A DNA stretch of 11,135 nucleotides from a virus. Its lineage: Duplodnaviria > Heunggongvirae > Uroviricota > Caudoviricetes. The notes under the pieces were generated by a model. That model had not been told where the DNA came from. It made no database searches and saw nothing but the letters and a program-made list of their open reading frames with translations. The stretch is taken from positions 1 through 11,135 of IMG/VR virus record IMGVR_UViG_2675903606_000019; one strand, given 5' to 3'. Position 1 is the first letter of the stretch. Each line of letters starts with the position of its first letter. The position numbers and the translations under genes were made by a program. This document shows, piece by piece, positions 7,156 through 11,135 of the stretch.

Positions 7156-7362
7156 ATGGCTGAAGAGAAAAAAGGCGGTGTTTCGGTGTACATAAGCCCC
7201 GACATCGTGAAGGCGCTCAAGGAACGCCACCAGCAGAACGTAAAAGCAGGCATTGCGGCAGGACTTGATCCGCTGGCGATGGTTGAGCCGTCAACAGGCT
7301 GGCAGGTACGCGCCTATTTACGCGCGGCGCTGGGTATGAATCAGGTTCACGGGGGTGAATAA
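7156..7362 (+). CDS. Hypothetical protein (68 aa), first gene of the capsid operon
   Basis: RBS GAGGA 10 nt upstream. Its stop TAA overlaps the major capsid gene start (TAATG at 7360-7364). No family recognised. Confidence 0.6.
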   Translation: MAEEKKGGVSVYISPDIVKALKERHQQNVKAGIAAGLDPLAMVEPSTGWQVRAYLRAALGMNQVHGGE

Positions 7363-8417
7363 TGACAGTAAAAGCAATAGCACTTAACACTAACCAGCTT
7401 TTTGTGTACCTGAATCGCGAGGATATTGCGGAATTTAAATTCAGTCCGCTGTTTACCGCGCTGTTTTTCCCGAACGTGGCGACATTCAACACACAGGACA
7501 TCATGTTAGATAACCTGGATATTGAAGAAGTCACTATGTCGGCGTTTTGTTCGCCTATGGTGGGTAGCCAGGTTCAGCGCGATAAAGGGTACGAAACAAG
7601 CATTATTCGCCCTGGCTACATGAAGCCAAAACACGAAATCGATCCATTAAAAACAATAATGCGCATGGCTGGAGAAGATCCAGCACAGCTTAACGACCCT
7701 ACCTACCGCCGTATGCGCCTGATTACTGGCAACATGCGCCGCCAGATAAACGCCATTAAAGCGCGCGTGGAATGGCTGGCGGTAAATGCGGTAACGACCG
7801 GAAAAAACATCATTGAGGGCGAAGGCATAGAGCGCTATGAAATCGACTGGAAGATACCGGAAAAAAACATCATAGAGCAGGCCGACGGTAAAAAATGGTC
7901 AGAGCAGGACAAAGACATACACGACCCAATCTATGACATTGAGCTATACGCAGATCAGGCAGGTTGCCCCGCCAACGTCATGATTATGGGCGTTGATGTA
8001 TGGCGCATGTTACGCAGCTTTAAAAAATTCCGTGAACTGTACGATCTCTCCCGTGGTTCAGAATCCGCCGCAGAGCTGGCATGTAAAAACCTGGGCGAAG
8101 TGGTGAGCTTTAAAGGCTATCTTGGTGATCTGGCCCTTATCGTCTATTCCGGCAAATACACTGACAGCGACGGCACAGAAAAATATTTCCTTGAGCCTGA
8201 TTTGCTGGTCCTGGGCAACACCAACAATAAAGGGCTGGTGGCCTATGGTGCGATTATGGAACAGGAAGCGGTAAGAACGGGCGCAACGCAAAACATGTTT
8301 TACCCGAAAAACTGGATTGAAGACGGCGATCCGGCGATTGAGTACGTGCAGACACACAGCGCACCGCAGCCTGTTCCGGCAGATATTCGCAAATTTGTTA
8401 CCGTCAAAATTGGTTAA
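7362..8417 (+). CDS. Major capsid protein, lambda gpE family
   Basis: 351 aa. Multiple blocks match phage lambda gpE as recalled: FKFSPLFTALFF (lambda FKFDPLFLRLFF), PGYMKPKHEIDP (PGYVKPKHEVNP), EDPAQLNDPTYRRMRLITGNMRRQ (EDPQNLADPAYRRRRIIMQNMRDE), YPKNWIEDGDPAIEYVQTHSAP (YPKNWVTTGDPAREFTMIQSAP). Confidence 0.9.
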   Translation: MTVKAIALNTNQLFVYLNREDIAEFKFSPLFTALFFPNVATFNTQDIMLDNLDIEEVTMSAFCSPMVGSQVQRDKGYETSIIRPGYMKPKHEIDPLKTIMRMAGEDPAQLNDPTYRRMRLITGNMRRQINAIKARVEWLAVNAVTTGKNIIEGEGIERYEIDWKIPEKNIIEQADGKKWSEQDKDIHDPIYDIELYADQAGCPANVMIMGVDVWRMLRSFKKFRELYDLSRGSESAAELACKNLGEVVSFKGYLGDLALIVYSGKYTDSDGTEKYFLEPDLLVLGNTNNKGLVAYGAIMEQEAVRTGATQNMFYPKNWIEDGDPAIEYVQTHSAPQPVPADIRKFVTVKIG

Positions 8418-8428
8418 CGGTGGATTCT

Positions 8429-8764
8429 ATGAACACTCCATACATTGAGTTATTTGCAGGCAGTCAGCAGGTATCAACGACGCTGGTACATTTTGCCGCT
8501 GATGCTGGCGTTATTCAGGAATTTACCCCGCTGATGCTGGCGGACAATGGCGAGTTTAAGCCGTGGGATGGTCAGGAATCTGGCAAGGCTGTTTATCTGA
8601 CCTCGTACCCCGTTGACACGTCGACGCAGAAATCAGCACAGTGCTATAAGACGGGGATATTCAATATCGCCGCCGTTAACTGGCCTGAGAGCGTCGACAC
8701 CGATGCGAAAAAATGCGCCGCCTTTGCGGGTTCTGGCGTATCCGTTCAGCCGCTGGCCCGATAA
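8429..8764 (+). CDS. Head decoration protein, lambda gpD family
   Basis: 111 aa from ATG 8429 (the track starts at GTG 8420); RBS GGTGGA 5 nt upstream. Matches lambda gpD blocks: TPLMLADNGEFKPWDG (lambda TPLMLDTSSRKLVAWDG), YKTGIFNIAAVNWPESVDTDAKKCAAFAGSGVSV ([35 protein letters not shown]). Confidence 0.85.
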   Translation: MNTPYIELFAGSQQVSTTLVHFAADAGVIQEFTPLMLADNGEFKPWDGQESGKAVYLTSYPVDTSTQKSAQCYKTGIFNIAAVNWPESVDTDAKKCAAFAGSGVSVQPLAR

Positions 8765-8776
8765 GCAGGGGGAACG

Positions 8777-9190
8777 ATGGCAACGAATGAAAGCATCATG
8801 GCGCTACCGCTGGCGAGTAAATTTAAAGCCGAAGCGCGGGCAATGGCTGACAGAGGGTTATCAACCTACGAGGCCGTATATCAACTCAACAAACTGGAAG
8901 AACAGGACAAGCCGCGCGCTGATGCGATTATGGCGCTTCATGAACATAACGACTATCAGCCGCTGTTACGTGCAATGGCAAACGTGCCATGTATTAGCGT
9001 CGATAATGCTCGTGAAATCCTGAACATGACCATAGAGCAGGAGCGCCCAAAGGTTGCACCAGAGCTTACCGCAGCCTTTGAAAACTTTATGGACATGCAC
9101 AGCCCGCAAGCCGTATCAGCTGGCATGGCATACGATGGCAGAAACCAGGGCGATGACGGCGACATCGATCACATACTGAAAACCATCTGA
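8777..9190 (+). CDS. Hypothetical protein (137 aa), last gene of the capsid operon
   Basis: RBS AGGGGGA 4 nt upstream of the ATG. Acidic C-terminus. No resemblance noted to lambda FI/FII/W as I recall them. Followed by a strong terminator. Confidence 0.65.
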   Translation: MATNESIMALPLASKFKAEARAMADRGLSTYEAVYQLNKLEEQDKPRADAIMALHEHNDYQPLLRAMANVPCISVDNAREILNMTIEQERPKVAPELTAAFENFMDMHSPQAVSAGMAYDGRNQGDDGDIDHILKTI

Positions 9191-9196
9191 GACAAG

Positions 9197-9220
9197 GCCG
9201 GAGAAATCCGGCTTTTTTTT
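9197..9220 (+). terminator. Strong rho-independent terminator (GNRA tetraloop hairpin plus T8)
   Basis: Stem GCCGGA/TCCGGC with GAAA loop and 8 T (9213-9220). The stem is identical to that of the terminator at 6922-6943. Confidence 0.8.
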
Positions 9221-9298
9221 ACGGGTCCTTTCCGGCATATGGACCCGTTACGGGGCGGCGACCTCGCGGTTTTTCGCTATTTATGAGCCTTTTCAGGG
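9221..9298. other. Lambda-type cos site (cosQ-like, cosN 12-nt cohesive end GGGCGGCGACCT at 9253-9264, start of cosB)
   Basis: ACGGGTCCTTTCCGG...GTTACG-GGGCGGCGACCT-CGCGGTTTTTCGCTATTTATGA closely matches the right and left termini of phage lambda as I recall them (right end ...ACGGGTCCTTTCCGGTGATCCGACAGGTTACG, left end GGGCGGCGACCTCGCGGGTTTTCGCTATTTATGA...). Sequence diverges from lambda after about 9298. Confidence 0.8.
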
Positions 9299-9358
9299 GG
9301 GTGGTGGTGGTTTTGTTGTTTGCTCTATCTTTATGAATGAAAAGGGAAAGATGCAAAC

Positions 9359-9396
9359 AATACACCAACCTGAAGCAGTAATTAAGTTGGTGTATT
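9359..9396. repeat. Perfect 11-bp inverted repeat AATACACCAAC-N16-GTTGGTGTATT abutting the terS start codon
   Basis: Read directly from the sequence. The right arm ends 2 nt before ATG 9398. Candidate cosB-type binding site or a translational-control hairpin. Confidence 0.5.
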
Positions 9397-9397
9397 A

Positions 9398-9940
9398 ATG
9401 AAATCGCACCTGATGAACAAAAAAAACATGGCGAAAAGCTGCCGTGTAAGTGCGACAGCGTTCGACAAGTGGGGAGTGACTCCCGTTGAACGTAAAGGCC
9501 GTGAGGCGTTTTACGATGTTGCCAGCGTGATAGACAATAGGGTTAACAATGCAATTAGCCAGCTTACAAACGACAAAGGCGATATTGATGATGATGAACT
9601 CTTACGAGTCAGGATCAGATTACTGACAGCACAGGCGGAGGCGCAGGAACTTAAAAACGAGCGCGATCGCGGTGACGTGATCGATACTGAGTTTTGCCTG
9701 TACGCGCTTTCAAAGCTGGCGAGTCAGATTTCATCAATCATGGACAGCCTCCCGCTTACTATGCAAAGGAGCTTCCCACAGATTACCCCCGCCATGCTGG
9801 ATAGGCTTAAAAGGGAAGTGGTTAAAGCCTGTAATGCCAGTGCCAGAGTTGCCGACAACCTCCCACAGATACTGGCTGATTACTTGAAAGAAACAACCGG
9901 AAACGTACCGGAAAAGTTGCAGCCGAATAAAGATAAGTAA
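9398..9940 (+). CDS. Terminase small subunit, lambda Nu1 family
   Basis: 180 aa. C-terminal two thirds align with lambda Nu1 as recalled: RLLTAQAEAQELKNERDRGDVIDTEFCLYALSKLASQISSIMDSLPLTMQRSFPQ (lambda RLTRAQADAQELKNARDSAEVVETAFCTFVLSRIAGEIASILDGLPLSVQRRFPE). N-terminal region is more divergent but still shows NKK...W...G.PV.R.G....YD.A.VI. Confidence 0.85.
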   Translation: MKSHLMNKKNMAKSCRVSATAFDKWGVTPVERKGREAFYDVASVIDNRVNNAISQLTNDKGDIDDDELLRVRIRLLTAQAEAQELKNERDRGDVIDTEFCLYALSKLASQISSIMDSLPLTMQRSFPQITPAMLDRLKREVVKACNASARVADNLPQILADYLKETTGNVPEKLQPNKDK

Positions 9941-9951
9941 CGTAGTACGCT

Positions 9952-10233
9952 ATGACTGAATCCGAAATACTGCGATTAATCCGCCGCGTCTCTGGAATCA
10001 GCCAGCAGGCTGACGAACAGACCACGCAGCCGGACAGCGTGACAGCCGAAAACTATGCGCGTGTTGTTGCTGAGGTGATGCGCCGTGATGGTATAGAACT
10101 TAATGGCGTGGATATGCGCAACATACGAACCAGAGTTCTTGAGTTGCTGGCCTACCGTCGCCGCGTGGAGATGTATCGGGAGAAGGAGAAAATAACGTAC
10201 CACTGGAAGAAGCCGGAGCGGTTGCGGCGGTAA
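9952..10233 (+). CDS. Hypothetical protein (93 aa) downstream of terS
   Basis: Track ORF MTESEILRLIRRVSGISQQADEQ... It occupies the position where lambda has the large terminase gene A, but is far too small to be a terminase. No family recognised. Confidence 0.55.
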   Translation: MTESEILRLIRRVSGISQQADEQTTQPDSVTAENYARVVAEVMRRDGIELNGVDMRNIRTRVLELLAYRRRVEMYREKEKITYHWKKPERLRR

Positions 10234-10526
10234 CTGGTTGATATTCCCGACGGACCAAAAATGGGTGGCTACATCCCTCGCTTCTGAGGACTGTTAACAA
10301 GCTGCCTGAAAGACAGTCACAAACTACGAAATTTTCGCAGTTTAATTAATGATCAGCTTAATCGCTAACCCGCTGATATTTTCGGAAACCTCAATTTGAG
10401 GAAGTCGGCGCGGTAACTCGCTGAACTTTAAGCAAAGCGCAAAATTGCGCTTGCTGAATAATCATTATGATTACGCAGATGATTAAGGAATGACCGAAGG
10501 CGGAAATTCGCCTGTGGTTAATGGGG

Positions 10527-10546
10527 GAGTTGCAGATCTGCAACTC
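10527..10546. repeat. Perfect 20-bp palindrome GAGTTGCAGATCTGCAACTC
   Basis: Read directly from the sequence. A perfect 20-bp palindrome is very unlikely by chance in 11 kb. Confidence 0.7.
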
Positions 10547-10552
10547 GACCAT

Positions 10553-10639
10553 GAAACTACGGAAACTACCCGTAGTTTGGGTAGTAAGAGTAACACCCAG
10601 ATTTTGGGTCTTACTCGTGATACCCAAATTTGGGGTATC
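10553..10639. repeat. Half-site array (AAACTAC x2, then GTAGTTT and a partial GGGTAGT) followed by two adjacent stable hairpins / palindromic sites
   Basis: AAACTAC at 10554-10560 and 10563-10569, GTAGTTT at 10572-10578, partial copy at 10579-10585. Hairpin GAGTAA-c-ACCCA-gattt-TGGGT-c-TTACTC (10588-10616). Hairpin GATACCC-aaatttg-GGGTATC (10619-10639). The two ACCCA...GGGT units are direct repeats of a palindromic site about 27 bp apart. Confidence 0.55.
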
Positions 10640-10902
10640 AGTGGCAACCATAACGACTTTCGTTACGGTTGATGCTTTTACCCCATTGGGGGAAAGGTAT
10701 TACGATAATCATAACACCTACCGAACAGGTAAAGCCCACCAGCCTGATTAACGTTTAACCGGAAAAAAATTCCGGTAGGTGGGGATCCCCATATCGACAT
10801 TAACGCCCCTCATGAATTGGTGCGCTTCCCCCTGGAAAGATGATCCGCCTGTATATTTCTTGTGTCTATTTGTTCCACGTTGTTTCATACAGTGCACCGA
10901 AC

Positions 10903-10924
10903 GGTGTAGTCACTGGTGTAGTCA
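10903..10924. repeat. Tandem direct repeat GGTGTAGTCA x2 (12-bp period) near the right junction; candidate integrase arm-type sites
   Basis: GGTGTAGTCA at 10903-10912 and 10915-10924, followed by TTTTGCG repeats at about 10924-10950. About 75 bp inside the proposed junction. Confidence 0.4.
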
Positions 10925-10976
10925 TTTTGCGATTTTTGGCACTTTTTGCGGTGAAAATTATTTAATTAAATCAACG

Positions 10977-11135
10977 TGTTATGTGAAATAAGTTATATAT
11001 AACAGCAATAAATAATGCGAGAATAAACGGCACGATGATCTCGGTGGCAAAACGGATACCGCAGAGAATAATGACCAGCATTCCCAACATAATGACGATT
11101 TTTAGGCCATTGAGCGTGATGATCGGCTTTGCCAT
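10977..11135 (-). pseudogene. tqsA: Truncated 5' fragment of a tqsA-like (AI-2 exporter family) membrane protein gene; likely chromosomal flank interrupted by the element
   Basis: Minus-strand ORF of 52 codons, [52 protein letters not shown], then TAA. The first 46 or so residues match the N-terminus of E. coli TqsA/YdgG as I recall it; the reading frame then diverges and stops, where the native protein continues for about 300 more residues. Confidence 0.55.

Noticed and set aside
7217-8357. Minus-strand ORFs 7217..7534 and 8058..8357
   Set aside because: Antisense within the capsid operon genes; no start signals.
8613-9023. 136-aa plus-strand ORF overlapping the gpD-like and 137-aa genes
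   Set aside because: An alternative frame across two better-supported genes with RBSs and family signatures; Arg/Trp-rich translation.
10366-10373. Isolated copy of the iteron core TAACCCGC far from the origin
   Set aside because: A single 8-mer match is expected by chance at about this frequency in 11 kb; not evidence of a second origin.
10500-10700. Retron-like msr/msd non-coding RNA
   Set aside because: Stacked stem-loops resemble a structured RNA, but there is no reverse transcriptase ORF anywhere in the window.
10391-10751. Short ORFs (86 aa minus; 60 and 76 aa plus) in the dyad-rich region
   Set aside because: They overlap one another across palindromes, have poor or mis-spaced RBS and low-complexity translations. 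The region is treated as non-coding structured DNA/RNA.

Overview
The window reads as a compact, roughly 11 kb integrative phage-satellite-like element (P4/PICI-type backbone) in an enterobacterial chromosome. Left to right: a P4-family tyrosine integrase, an AlpA-type regulator, a divergent switch region (two small minus-strand genes facing a plus-strand operon across three GTGTT(C/T)AACAC operator-like palindromes), two AT-rich unknown genes, a large primase/helicase with an array of about 12 TAACCCGCA iterons just downstream (probable origin), a small unknown gene, an SSB with the canonical DDIPF tail, and a PerC-like small regulator. After tandem terminators, a strong sigma70-like promoter drives a late operon encoding a lambda gpE-like major capsid protein and a gpD-like decoration protein plus two unknown small proteins. 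This is followed by a terminator, a lambda-type cos site whose 12-nt cosN (GGGCGGCGACCT) and flanks match the phage lambda ends as I recall them, a Nu1-like small terminase and a 93-aa unknown protein. The window ends with about 740 bp of dyad-rich non-coding DNA and a prematurely terminated 52-codon ORF that looks like the 5' end of a tqsA-like transporter gene, probably the island/chromosome junction. No portal, protease, scaffold, large terminase or tail genes are present, so the element appears to encode only the capsid shell and packaging-specificity parts and would depend on a lambdoid helper. All calls rest on reading the sequence and on remembered family signatures; no database search was run.
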